Below, in pieces: positions 1 to 12,276 of a stretch of 64,000 bases of DNA. Every line of letters begins with the position of its first letter. Within the stretch, counting starts at the first letter, position 1. Under the pieces are notes generated by a model that saw only the letters and a list, made by a program, of their open reading frames with translations, made no database searches and was not told where the DNA came from. Origin of the DNA: Octopus vulgaris. Lineage: Eukaryota. The translations under genes and the position numbers were made by a program. Location: contig OX597816.1 of assembly GCA_951406725.2 (NCBI GenBank), forward strand, positions 51,832,001 through 51,896,000, given 5' to 3'.

Positions 1-140
1 GTTCTAGGTTCAAATGCCACTAAGGTTGACTTTGCCTTTCATCCTTTAAGGGTCAACAAAATAAGTACCAGTCGAGCACTGGGGTCGATGTAATCGACTT
101 ACGCCCTCCACATAAATCGTCCACCTTGTACCAAAACCAG
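1..140 (+). mobile_element. tRNA-derived SINE family A, 5'-truncated by window edge
   Basis: GACTTTGCCTTTCATCCTTT..GGGTC.A.AAA.TAAGTACCAG..GCACTGGGGTCGAT core shared with copies at 10107, 24711, 27762, 59010. Confidence 0.85.
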
Positions 141-2354
141 AAACCAATAATATATGCAAAATAAGAATATAAATACCTTAAAATCTAATGATGAGACAAA
201 GAATGATGAAAACGGTAAACATTGAAGTTTGAATGTCACAGAAGATTCTGAACGTGGACGATACAAAATGTACTTTTGTGATAAAAAATCAGATACAAAA
301 TGTTCTTTTGTTTTTTTGGTGTCATTATATTCGGTCATTTGAGGTTATGCTGTATGTCATTGAATACTATATTTCAGAAGTTTAATAGAATTATTTAAAT
401 TTAATGGCATCGTTAATACATACAAATATTTGTTTCTTTACTACTTATTTTTATTATATGTAAACGAAAGTACATACAGAGGCCCCGCTTCTTAGCACTA
501 GGAGTACAACAGATTTGGAGACGGAAGGAAGAGAACCAATGACGGTTTAATCAATCCCCCTATATTCATACTTTATTTGCTCAAATACAACACCAGAGAA
601 ACTAATTAAAATAAATTAAAATGAAGCAAAATACTATTTTCTTTTTCAGTGATGCCTTTTAAAGATTTTTTTAAAGATTATCTTCACTGCTTTTCATTTT
701 TCGATGTGTGTGTGTGTTTGCATGTGTGTACACTTATCATGAAATGCGCCAATATTCTGACGTGACTTTTTCGTTTAAGGTAGCAAAAATAATTTTCAAT
801 GAGCAAATTTATTCCCTCTAAAAGTGTCTTTTCCATGTGCTTCATTTAAAGTGATGTGAAGAATACGTAATTTTTTATAGCTCAAAACGCAGCTAATGGT
901 TCTGCGTTGCATTTTAAAATTGAATGACATTTCGTGGCCCCAGAAACGTGTTGCAGTTCCTTAAAATACAAAACTTGTTAAGCAATAAAACTAACGAAAG
1001 AAAGACCTACTCCATTTGGTGGTTGATATTGACTAGTTAGTACTGGGATGTGAAAGAATTTAGTTTTAATTATTTGCTATTTTGTTCTTTTTATATTTTA
1101 TTTCATTATGTATATAATATTTTATTTCTTTACAGTCTGGAATAAAATGTCATTGACGTAATATTTTTGTCACTCATGTGTGAGGACTCACATTATGATG
1201 GAGATAAAAGAAGGAAGAAATTACAGTTTCGATATCAAATGCATTCAGGGGAACTGAAATGAATGCAAGTTAATATAATTCCTACTTGAATATAATTACT
1301 GCTTTTAAGTGAGATGCCTTGGCAGAATTGATGAGAGCGCCAAACTGAACATCTCATGTTATTCTGTTAATTGAAATCCCCTCGCGATTCCAATTTAACA
1401 TTTTATTTATCAATGGGCGAATGTGATATGTCCAATAAACGTCCAATGCATATATGCTTTATACATTACTTTTTATCCTACCCATTTGCATAGCCAAGCC
1501 ATATATAGAAAGATATACAAGCGATAGTAGTTGTGAGACATGTTTTCACATGAAACGGTGTGTACACAATTCATATTGTGTAATGAAGTCATCGTTACAT
1601 TTAATTCGAATGAGCCATGACTGGATGCAATTCTGATGCAATTTGATTGGTGTACATTCTAACAAAATCATTTATACATTCATATGTATCTGTGTGTGTG
1701 TGTGTGTGTGTGTGTGAGCACGCGTAGGCATTGGGTAGGTAGCTTGGTAGGTAGGTATGTATGCACAGGTTTGATACCCATAATCGAAAAAATAGCTGAA
1801 CAATACATATAAATGTGTCTGCGTATGCATGATATATTTGTGTTTCTGTGTCTGTGTGTGCCTGTTGGGGGCGGAAGAAGCTTTCTATTTAATTCCTCAT
1901 ATCACAAACATAAAATATCACTGACGAAAAAAATCACTGAGTTCAGATATATCTTCTTGATTACGGTACACAGCAATTTTTGATTAAATTAATGAAAGTC
2001 AAAGAAAGCAAAGTGACTGTAAAGGGAGAAGGAGGTATTGTTTTGTGATGTATTAAATACTCACAGTTATTATATTTTATAGTTGGAAAATAACTCTGAG
2101 CATGTTTTGGTCCATTACCACTTATGAGGTCAAATATTATAATTTCGACGCATGCCTGCCGAAACGGTTCACAAAGAATCTTACCTATTTTATATGTCAT
2201 TTTCTTTCCTACTTTCAGTAATGATACAGTAGCCATACTGGTGCGCCATCTTGTAGTGTTTATTTGAAAGAATCCAACATATTAATTATGGTACTTAATG
2301 TATAGATACCTTTGCGCAAAAGCAATGTAACAGAGATGCAATCAAACATACACC

Positions 2355-2600
2355 AGTAGTCTAGCGGTGATTGGGACAATGACAACGAACGATAAATACA
2401 CACATAAATGCGCGCACGCACACACACACACATATGCACAATACCGCACACGTACACACACGTATATGCATATATTTACATACGACGGGCTTCCACGCAT
2501 TTTCCGTTAACCAAATTTTTTTCACAGGGCATTGGTTGCGTTGGGGCAAACTGACACCGGTTGTCTAGCGGTGATGGGGACAATTACAAAGAAAGATAAG
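2355..2600 (-). mobile_element. SINE family B internal fragments, partly duplicated
   Basis: CACC.GT.GTCTAGCGGTGAT.GGGACAA occurs twice; ACGACGGGCTT..CAC segment matches the 9211 and 17240 copies. Confidence 0.55.
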
Positions 2601-2697
2601 CACACACACTTAAACGCGAGCACACACACACGCACACGCACACGCCCACACATATACACATACATGCGCACATACGCGCGCGCAGAAGCATATCTCA

Positions 2698-3285
2698 TGT
2701 CTTTACTGCACACGTGGGGCTACACACAGAGGGGACAAACAAGGACAGAGAAACAGATTAAGTCGATTATATCGACCCCAGTGCGTAACTGGTACATATT
2801 TAATCGACCCCAAAGGGATAAAGGCAAAGTCGACTTCGACGGAATTTGAACTCAGAACGTAGCGGCAGACGAAATACCTATTTCTTTACTACACACAATG
2901 GGCTACACACAGAGGGGACGAACAAAAACAGACAAACGGGTTAAGTCGATTATATCGACCCCAGTGCGTAACTGGTACTTATTTAATTGATCCCGAAAGG
3001 ATGAAAGGCAAAGTCGACCTCGGCGGAATTTGAACACAGAACGTAGTGGCAGACGAAATACCTATTTCTTTACTACTCACAAGGGGCTAAACACAGAGAG
3101 GACAAGCAAGGACAGACAAACGGATTAAGTCGATTATATCGACCCCAGTGCGTAACTGCTACTTATTCAATCAACCCCGAAAGGATGAAAAGCAGAGTTG
3201 ACCTCGGCGGAATTTGAACTCAGAACGCAGCGGCAGAAGAAATACTGCTAAGCATTTCGCCCGGCGTGCTAATGTTTCTGCCAGA
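2698..3285 (-). mobile_element. Head-to-tail trimer of SINE family A body (~184 bp period) with a single tRNA head
   Basis: Units start at 2698, 2881 and 3065 (T.TCTTTACT.C.CAC); head GCATTTCGCCCGGCGTGCTAA..TTTCTGCCAG only at 3240-3285. Confidence 0.85.
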
Positions 3286-4029
3286 CTTATCTACTTATGT
3301 CTATATACGACGAACTTCCACGTATTTTCTCTCTACCAAATTCTTTAACAAGGCATTGATCTTGTTGGTACTATAATACAAGATACTCGGTAGCGTGCAA
3401 TGAACCCAAAATCACGTGGTTGCAAGGCGAAATTGTGCTCAGTACAGTTTACATAATTAAAAAAACAAAATTAGTTTGGCAACTCAAATCTAGATTCTTC
3501 GACTATTATAGTAATAACTAAAGCGTTATCTATGATCACTGATGTGAAACTCTCTTCTGTTGCCTTCTGTGATATTAACAGATCTATTTGAAATGCCTTG
3601 CCTTTGAATAGCCAAACTTCTAGGAAGACAATTTTAGTCAATAAATTATTGATTTCTTCTTTAAATACAAAGTCCTTTCTAACACTTGTGCATCCTAATA
3701 TGATGATACTGTGAAGCGTGTGTTCCAATGGTTAAGCGTTTCAGGAATACAATCGTGAAGTCGGGATCTCGAATCCCAGACAATGCAATGAATAGTGTTC
3801 TTGAGCAAAGAGTTTCGTTTCCTGTTAATTCAATCCTCTCGGCCAATAACAAGAAGCAGTAGTAATATGAGGGTTAATTCTGCGATGAGATGGTTTTCGT
3901 TCAGTGAGGCTGGAGTCAATTTGCTTTATCAGTAGTAAATATCTTATCAGTAGTAAATAACTTTTCTCACTGAGAAAGGTGGAATCTGGGAAATTTATAA
4001 ACTTATAGACTGACAGACTGATAATCAGT

Positions 4030-4064
4030 CAGACAGACAGACAAATAGATAGATAGCTAGCTAG

Positions 4065-4144
<80 letters not shown>

Positions 4145-4226
4145 GTTATTAGGTAGGTAGGTAGGTAGGTGGGTAGGTAGGTAGGTAGGTAGGTAGGTAG
4201 GCAGGTAGATAGATAGGTAGGTAGGT
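4030..4226. repeat. Compound (GACA)n/(GATA)n/(GGTA)n microsatellite
   Basis: Direct reading. Confidence 0.95.
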
Positions 4227-5901
4227 TATGGCCGGGTGGGCATTACATGACCCAGATGTCCTTCATAAGTGAGGCATGAGTAATGGCGGGATACATGAAC
4301 TCAAGCGGCATTGCAGATAATGATGGCTATATCGATGAGTAGGAGGTGAAAAAGCCTCTTTAGAGGATTTGAAACCTCATCTTATTGCATTATTTGCAGT
4401 GGTTTATAACCTCAATTGTGTGTTTAAAATAAACATATTAAGTAAGAGGTTTTAGTGCCTCCTTCTTGTAAGAGGTTTGAACCTCAAATTGAATTTTTTT
4501 TAAATGAAAATATTTTTTTGAGAAAAATCCAATCGGTGGGTGTTGGATTTCGTCTCTCATTTATTCATTTTATTTCATTTTCATTCATTAATGTGTTTGT
4601 CCAGCCCGCAGCTACTGTGTATACTGCTTTTATGGCAAATAAAATGAAATAAAGTAGGTTGGTAGGTAGGTAGAAATCTAAGCATGTACAAGATTTGAAC
4701 TCGCATGTTAATTTACGCAGCGCTACTATACTTCGCCGACCATTTCTTTGGCTATTGAAATATTGATTGCTTTAAAATAAGCAAAGATAAAACAAACTCA
4801 TATTGTGACATGTGTGCGACGTAGTAGATGAAATATCGTGGTTTTCATTCTATAACGAAACCAATATAAAACATCCAACGTTGATGCAATAGATTAATCA
4901 TTTACGTTCCCTCAGTACGTGAAATTGGAAGTTTAATCAATATCAGTTCCTAAGTGATCGATATTTACGCAATGTTAAATCTAATTCTCAAAATATCAGT
5001 AGGAAATGAGGAGAAAATAATTAAAAGCTAATATCAATAATAACATTATTAACATTTTAAACGGTTAAAAGTTAGCAAAAAAACTTATTTATTTATTTAT
5101 TTTGTATTTTTGTGGATGAGGTATTTCAAGAGTTCAGTGCCACTACAGATTTGTTTTCATTATTCATTATGTTTGTTTACTTGTAACATAAGAAACAAAC
5201 GAAGGAATTAAATTCGAATAAAATGTCAGTCGAATGATTATCTTTAGCTTAAAAAAAGATCAGACAAAAAGTGCGTTTAACAAGGAAATGAAGATATCCT
5301 AAGTAATGATGTTTATTTCATGTATTGACTTAGACTATACATATATACTATAAAAAAATATTAACAACGAGATAAACTTAAACCTCTGGCAGCTTCTTTT
5401 TGTTGATTAATCCTAGGTCAGACATGATAAGGCAAACATATTATCACAGGTATTTTTGTTGTAAGGCGGCATAAGATCAATTGAAGCTTTGCCGTGGGCC
5501 TACCGTTTATTATTTTGATTTTATGCTACAGAATATTATTTTTTGACATTCTTTTATTCAGAAATATTGATTGTGAGTTTAGATAGATTTGCCCGCTGAT
5601 TTTAGCAAAGCAGTTTAGCTTTTGATGCTCCAAGGTTTGGGAGCAAGGAGATTTGCCGTCAATGTTTAATAGAAAACAATCATTCCACTTTCATTATATT
5701 TGCGAAAACTATAACAGACATACGCATACACACACAAACGCATGTCTTTAAAGATGTGTATGTCTGTGTGTACGTAAGAGTGTGTGTGCACGTGTGAGCA
5801 TTTTATCCTGCTCGTTAAAAGATTCTGCCAGCTGAACTCCTTGCGCACATATAATAATACTGCTTACTTGTCCTTTATAAAAAGCAAAACTGTTATATAC
5901 G

Positions 5902-6066
5902 TTCTATATTTAAGAGATGAGGAATTGTGTACATTATTTACATTATTTATATTTGACGGATATTTGTCTTCATCTTCTTTGTTGTTAACGCAACGTTTCG
6001 GTCGATATGCGCATGGGCATATGGCGTAATTCGATTCCAGGCAATGACTTGGATAATAATAATAAC

Positions 6067-6108
<42 letters not shown>

Positions 6109-6270
6109 TCATAATAACATCGAAAAATACTTTAGGAATGACAACCCAGGTTCGAAATTTCCCCAAGACACCTGATGAAGCCTGGAGTGTATATCAGCCG
6201 ACACGTTGTGTTAACAACAAACAAGACGAGGACAAATATCTGTCAAATGTAAATAATGTAAATAATGTTA
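5902..6270 (+). mobile_element. tRNA-headed, (AAT)n-linker, hammerhead-tail element, copy 1, preceded by an inverted copy of its own tail
   Basis: 5902-6010 is the reverse complement of the tail (6190-6270 and 27520-27625); head GGGCATATGGCGTA..TTCGATTCCAGGCA is internally deleted; body 6115-6270 matches 27443-27597. Confidence 0.75.
6167..6212 (+). ncRNA. Minimal type I hammerhead ribozyme, probably inactive copy
   Basis: GACAC-CUGAUGA-A-GCCUGG..UCAGCC-GACAC-GUU-GUGUU; conserved GAAAC is mutated to GACAC relative to the 27495 copy. Confidence 0.55.
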
Positions 6271-6802
6271 TATACGTGTTAAATATAAAATTGCAATTTA
6301 CGCATTATTAACGAGTTCAACTAAAATTCACCAAATTAGAGAATACTCTTTCTAAGATATTGGACAAAATATTGAAATGTTACTGTTAGGTTAAAAATGC
6401 AGTATAAATTTCAAGGTCTATAAAATAAACCAACAGTTATATACTCGGTCTGTTTAAGAGATTTTCTCCCTTTACAAAATCCCTGGCCTTCTACATTGCT
6501 TCGAAACAAATATAATCTAAAATGGGCCCATTCAAAGTGGGCTTCCGCTGAATTCAGACCTGGACAGGTATTTTGTAAACCTTTGTTGTTAATATAAGTA
6601 TTTCATCAAACGCATCATTAAGTATTGTTCTTCAAAATACTTAAGTCAAAACTTAATAAATGAAGATAGCGATGAAATAATTCATGCGTCTATGATTCAC
6701 TAACATTTCACGATGAATCATTTGCAGATTATTTTTGCTTTCTATATATGATCTATATATTGGATATATATATATATATATATATATATACTAACTATAT
6801 AT

Positions 6803-8941
6803 CTACGAAAGAAATCTACTAACACAAACAAAAACCGGCTCCCTAAAAAGAAAAAAACACTCATTAGGCGCATCAAAAGACTCAACAAAAAAAATCAACC
6901 AATTAAAATATTCCCACACACAACATCCACATTCAACAACAATGAAAAGACTAGAGCTGGAAAAACTTCATCTGCAGACCAACATGAAAACCTCTATTGA
7001 AAATCAAAGAGCTGTGGAAGAACAATGGGTAATCAAAAACATCAAACAGAACCCAAAAGTGTTCTATTCTTATGCAAATAAGCATAGAACCACTGTCTCA
7101 CCCATTGGGCCATTCATTGATGATAACGGCAACGGCATTCCCCAACACGATGCTAAAGAAATGGCAGAAATACTGCAGAAACAATACTGCTCTGTCTTTA
7201 GTGTTCCCACTGATATTGACGTAAGGGAAACGAACGAAGTTGACTCCCAACACAAAATCTCAGACATAACCTTCACTGCCACCGACATCGTAGCAGCAAT
7301 AAATGAGGTCAAACATTACTCTGCTGTAGGCCCTGATAGATTTCCCGCTAGTCCCCTGAAGGAAGGTAGATACCAACTTGCAGTCCCTCTGACGAACCTC
7401 TGGAGAAATTCGTTAGACGCAGGTTATATACCGAAACAGTTTCTATCCCAGTCGGTCATCCCGATTTTCAAACAGGGAAACATATCCCTCGCAGTCAACT
7501 ATCGCCCAATCTCACTCACCTCCCACATCATTAAAGTGTTTGAAAGAGTGTTAAGATCAAGGATAGCTGACTTCCTGGAGACCCACAAAGTCCTAAATGC
7601 AAATCAGCATGGCTTTCGCTGTGGCAGGGACTGTCTAACACAGCTCTTACACCACATTGAAGATGTACTCAAAGCCTTGGGAAGAGGTTCGAACTCTGAT
7701 GTCATATATCTTGACTTCAGTAAAGCGTTCGACAGGGTAGACCATAACATCCTGCTCTCAAAATTGGTAAATGTTGGAATCCGTGGAAAAGTTCTACACT
7801 GGATTAAGTATTTCCTGTCGAATAGAACACAACATGTTGTAGTTGATGGAGTCCACTCAAACCCAGCAAAAATTACTAGCGGTGTTCCCCAGGGAACTGT
7901 TTTGGGTCCGCTACTCTTCATAATTTACGTAAACGACCTTTCCAATGTCGTACATTACTGCAAAGTGAAAATATTTGCTGATGACACTAAGCTCCAGCAA
8001 ATCGTCAATGAAGAAGCAGACCGAACTCAACTCCAGTCTGATCTATATGCTGTGAGTCAATGGGCAGACAGAAACAAAATGCAACTGAATGAGGGAAAAT
8101 TTGAGCTGATGCATTTTGGAAGAAATTCATCACTAAAACAACCATACTCTCTTCCTTCAGGGGAACCGCTCACAGCCTCTAAAAATATCAGAGACCTGGG
8201 TGTAATTGTTGATGACGATCTCAGTTGGAGTGCACACATCAACAAGAAGGTTGATATAGCTCGTAGGATGAGTTCCTGGATCTTAAGAACTTTCCGGTCC
8301 AGAGAACAAGGTGTCATCATACCACTTTTTTCCTCCTTTGTACGGCCACACCTTGAATACTGCTGCCCACTGTGGTCTCCTCACACAAGACAAAACATCT
8401 CCAGAATTGAGTCACCCCAGAGGGCACTCACTAAACAAATTGAAGGCATGGCTGCTCTCGATTATTGGGATCGCCTTAAAGCCTTGAAACTTTACTCCCT
8501 CCAGCGTCGCCGTGAGCGGTACATCATTTGTACGATGTGGAAAATATACCGCCAACTTTGCCCAAACGACCTAAACATTAGCTTCAAGGTTCACCCAAGA
8601 CTTGGACCACGGGCTATACGTCCCCTGCCCAATTCAAGATCACAACATACATGCACACTGCAACATAATTTCTTTTCCTCAACAGGCCCTGCTCTATTTA
8701 ACATTGTCCCGAGGGAGATCAAAGAGGAAAAGGATCCCATCAACTTTAAACAGAGTCTGGATAGATTCCTTCAAAGAATACCGGATAAGCCACCCATAAT
8801 TGGATACAACTCACCCAACAAGAACTCACTACTTGAACAAAACTTGACTTAAACAGGATTCGAACAATCCTATCAGGTGGTGCTATTAAGTTAGATATGG
8901 CCTGGACCAATCTTTGGTCGAAACATATCTAAGTTTATCTA

Positions 8942-8947
<6 letters not shown>
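6803..8947 (+). mobile_element. 5'-truncated non-LTR retrotransposon, CR1/L2 group
   Basis: RT ORF, ~90 bp 3'UTR, tandem (TATCTAAGTT) tail at ~8926-8947; (TA)n on both flanks. Confidence 0.9.
6942..8852 (+). CDS. LINE ORF2 reverse transcriptase (endonuclease domain missing), 636 aa
   Basis: NYRPISLTS, QHGFR, YLDFSKAFDRVDH, SGVPQGTVLGPLLF, FADDTK, RDLGV, RPHLEYC, LYSLQRRRER. Confidence 0.95.
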   Translation: MKRLELEKLHLQTNMKTSIENQRAVEEQWVIKNIKQNPKVFYSYANKHRTTVSPIGPFIDDNGNGIPQHDAKEMAEILQKQYCSVFSVPTDIDVRETNEVDSQHKISDITFTATDIVAAINEVKHYSAVGPDRFPASPLKEGRYQLAVPLTNLWRNSLDAGYIPKQFLSQSVIPIFKQGNISLAVNYRPISLTSHIIKVFERVLRSRIADFLETHKVLNANQHGFRCGRDCLTQLLHHIEDVLKALGRGSNSDVIYLDFSKAFDRVDHNILLSKLVNVGIRGKVLHWIKYFLSNRTQHVVVDGVHSNPAKITSGVPQGTVLGPLLFIIYVNDLSNVVHYCKVKIFADDTKLQQIVNEEADRTQLQSDLYAVSQWADRNKMQLNEGKFELMHFGRNSSLKQPYSLPSGEPLTASKNIRDLGVIVDDDLSWSAHINKKVDIARRMSSWILRTFRSREQGVIIPLFSSFVRPHLEYCCPLWSPHTRQNISRIESPQRALTKQIEGMAALDYWDRLKALKLYSLQRRRERYIICTMWKIYRQLCPNDLNISFKVHPRLGPRAIRPLPNSRSQHTCTLQHNFFSSTGPALFNIVPREIKEEKDPINFKQSLDRFLQRIPDKPPIIGYNSPNKNSLLEQNLT

Positions 8948-9004
<57 letters not shown>

Positions 9005-9139
9005 TGTTAAGAAAAAGTTTTAAATGGCTGTGCAGGTAGACTTAAATTGATACAAAAGAACGATTGGTGATCCGTTACGTGTATTTTTTCTCTTCCAGCT
9101 TGTTTCATGTACTGCATTACGATTATAGTACATAACATA

Positions 9140-9209
<70 letters not shown>

Positions 9210-9210
9210 C

Positions 9211-9616
9211 TCTCTTTTACTCTTTTACTTGTTTCAGTCATTTGACTACGGCCATGCTGGAGCACCGCCTTTAGTCGAGCAAATCGACCCCGGGACATAT
9301 TCTTTGTAAGCCTAGTACTTATTCTATCGCTCTCTTTTTGCCGAACCGCTAAGTGACGGGGACTTAAACACACCAGCATCGGTTGTCAAGCAATGCTAGG
9401 GAGACAAACACAGACACACAAGCATACACACACATATACACACATATATACGAAGGGCTTCTTTCAGTTTCGTCTACCAAATCTACTCACAAGGCTTTGG
9501 TCGGCCCGAGGCTATAGTGGGAGACACTTGCCCAAGATGCCACGCCGTAGGAGTGAACCCGGAACCATGTGGTTGGTAAGCAAGCTACTTACCACACGGC
9601 CACTCCTGCGCCTATA
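9211..9616 (-). mobile_element. tRNA-derived SINE family B (CORE-like segment) with internal microsatellite
   Basis: On minus: head TAGGCGCAGGAGTGGC.GTGTGGTAAG, B-box-like GGTTCA, CORE-like CTTGGGCAAGTGTCT, internal (TG/TA)n, (AAAAGAGT) tail. Confidence 0.9.
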
Positions 9617-10106
9617 TATATATTACACTTGAACAGGAATACTATTGTCAGTGACGTCGAAGTTTCAGCCAGATATGCCATCGTCGGAGCGCGACGTATT
9701 GAAGTTAACCTGAGCTTTATATACTTTCAGTTGTGTTAGAATTTTCCTTGGGTGCGTAGGTTTGATTGTAGTGATGACTGGGTTTTGGAGAGGTTTCTTA
9801 TCGAGAGGCGTTGCTGATGATGCTCTTATTGATTATATATGGAGTTATGTCATTCTTTAAGATCTATTCATCTATGTTGAACTTTGTAAGCAGGTGGACA
9901 TATTTTTAAGGCCAGACCCCTTTTAGTAGGTAATCATAGGATACATCAATTGTTTAAAATATTTCTGCTTTTATTGGATTTAATGCTTTGCTTTGACAAT
10001 GTACAGGTCAAAGTTACAAAGTCCAGGACTTGAAAACTTAATAATTCATTTTTGTGAACGTTTTTGTGATGGATTCACAGAAGGATGTTCGGTAGGTAGT
10101 ATGTTG

Positions 10107-10337
10107 GGCAGCGAGCTGGCAGAAACGTTAGCACGCCGAGCGAAATGCGTAGCCGTATTTCGTCTGCCGCTACGTTCTGAGTTCAAATTCCGTCGAGGTC
10201 AACTTTGCCTTTCATCCTTTCGGGGTCGATAAATTAAGTACCAGTTACGCACTGGAGTCAATGTAATCGACTTAATACCTATGTCTGTCGTAGTTTGTCC
10301 CCTCTGTGTTTAGCCCCTTGTGGGTAATAAAGAAATA
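10107..10337 (+). mobile_element. SINE family A, full length, with 8-bp TSD
   Basis: GGC.GCGAGCTGGCAGAAACGTTAGC head, GAGTTCAAATTC B-box; AGTATGTT at 10098-10105 and 10338-10345; central domain resembles the Meta/MESC SINE domain from memory. Confidence 0.9.
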
Positions 10338-11208
10338 AGTATGTTATTACTGGTCGCTTTCTATGCTTGCTGTAGTTGGTATTTAAGATATTTTAAGTTA
10401 TTTCATAGGTGAGGTTTATTAGTCATCTATATCATGTTGTTAGTATAGAAATTTCTATATATCTTGTCCTTTGATGTTCACAAGAAGGGGTAGGTAGATA
10501 CAGCGGTTACTCGTCTGTCTATTTCTCTGTATGTGTTCACTGTTATATAAACAGTAAGATTAGTATGTAGAAAGTTTAACTCTTGTAATTTATCGAGGCA
10601 TAGTTTGTAGAGTATGTAATTATACATATTCGGTTTGATACGTGGATATTTCATAATATTTTAATTAAGTCCACGGAATATATCCAAAACTGGGACATTA
10701 TAGAACGTGTGCATATATTTATGTATGAAAATGGGAATAAAGATAGAACAAAATCTTAAATAAAGGAATATTTTAATACAGCACAGACTACACAGAGGAG
10801 ATATTTACTTCAATATTTCGCGGTCCACCGTCATTTAACTGCGTAAAACTTCCAGATTACTTTTAATAATAATATTGTTTAAGAATAATAATTTTGTACT
10901 CTACAAAAGGTATAAAGTAACCCAACAGATTAATGTTAAGCTGTTAATATTATAACTGAACCTGCCAAACAAGGCTGGTCTACTGGTCCTGTCAAATCGC
11001 TTGATGGAAGGGGTTCGTTCCCCTGCTCGCAATATATCGGACACAGGCTATGTCGTTAACCAGATGGAGAGGGTGTTCTCCTGGGGTTAAAAAAAGCGGT
11101 AAGGTTCTTCCGTATGGGACAGCCATGTTGAAATGGCAACAACCATTACTTTTCAGTAGAGTTCTTACTTGCATCTCTTGTAGAGAATTAAGAACAAGCT
11201 ACTTTGCT

Positions 11209-11275
<67 letters not shown>

Positions 11276-11919
11276 GTATATATATATATATATTAAATAT
11301 TAAACTGAATAAATGAATTCAATTTATTTATTTAATTATTTATTTAATTATGCAGCCGAGGATAGCTCTGCATTTCAATTGATGTAATTATTGTATTGTT
11401 CAATTAAGTGGAGTCGCTTGAAACGATCGTACTGCATCACCTCTGGATATCCTCCAGCTTATTTTGATTTTATTCACCTTATTTGAAATTATACGAAAAA
11501 TTCCGTACTAAGTTTTGGTGCCTCAACTTAAGTACTTAAATCATCTGAATTTCATTTATTTTGTATGTATGGATATATATATAAAGAGAGAGAGAGAGAG
11601 ACAGAGAGAGAGAGACAGAGAAATAATTCAAAGTTATTTTTATTGCACACAGGTAGAATTATAGGAAAAGAAGTTGAAAATGCACTGAGATTCATTTTGA
11701 TTTTTATTTAAAAATTTTAAGACTTAAAAGCTTCCATAGATTTCTGTGACTTTCAAAATTTGAAATCATTTTTTGTTCTTCTTTGCATTGAGAGAACATT
11801 GCAAAAATTAGCATATCTTTTGGAAAAGATTTGATAGGCACAGAATAATCACGTGATGAGACTCAGAAACTAAATCCATGCATTATTATCATGTCCAGTA
11901 TTATATAGACATTCTATTA

Positions 11920-11950
11920 AGGCGGCGAGCTGGCAGAAACGTTAGCACGC
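11920..11950 (+). mobile_element. Isolated SINE family A head joined to the next element
   Basis: GGCGGCGAGCTGGCAGAAACGTTAGCACGC, then unrelated sequence. Confidence 0.75.
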
Positions 11951-12276
11951 ACACATCCACGCGCATTCCCCCTCTCACTTCCTTGTCTTTACCATACTGT
12001 CTTTGAAAACTCTCCTGTCTTTAAAAAACATTATTCTTCCTCCTTTCTACTTCCGGTCTTTCAATATGTGACCTTGTGAGTACCGCCGGCGATTTCTTTC
12101 TTCTGTCTTCCCTTCTCGGGATCTTTCCTTCTCCTATGTTTCCGACGAAGAGCTCCGCTCGAAACGTTAAGCCCTCCTTCTTCCCTTCTTTCCTGAGCGT
12201 CCAATAATACTTTATTTGTTCCACGTCCTCGCGTTGTTGTGTGTTTTTTTTTTTTTATGTGTTTTCTTGTTTGGAT

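Noticed and set aside
3471-3728. 85-aa non-repetitive ORF as host exon
   Set aside because: No recognisable motif or splice support; begins in an old SINE-like head.
9095-9135. Minus-strand AUGUACU/AGUACAU stem followed by GAAAC
   Set aside because: CUGANGA and the stem I 5' strand are absent (replaced by TA tract); at most a truncated HHR remnant.
9640-10700. Possible ancient retroelement coding remnant (also 17700-18500 and 44600-45420)
   Set aside because: Complex sequence but no convincing motif could be read; needs a translated profile search.
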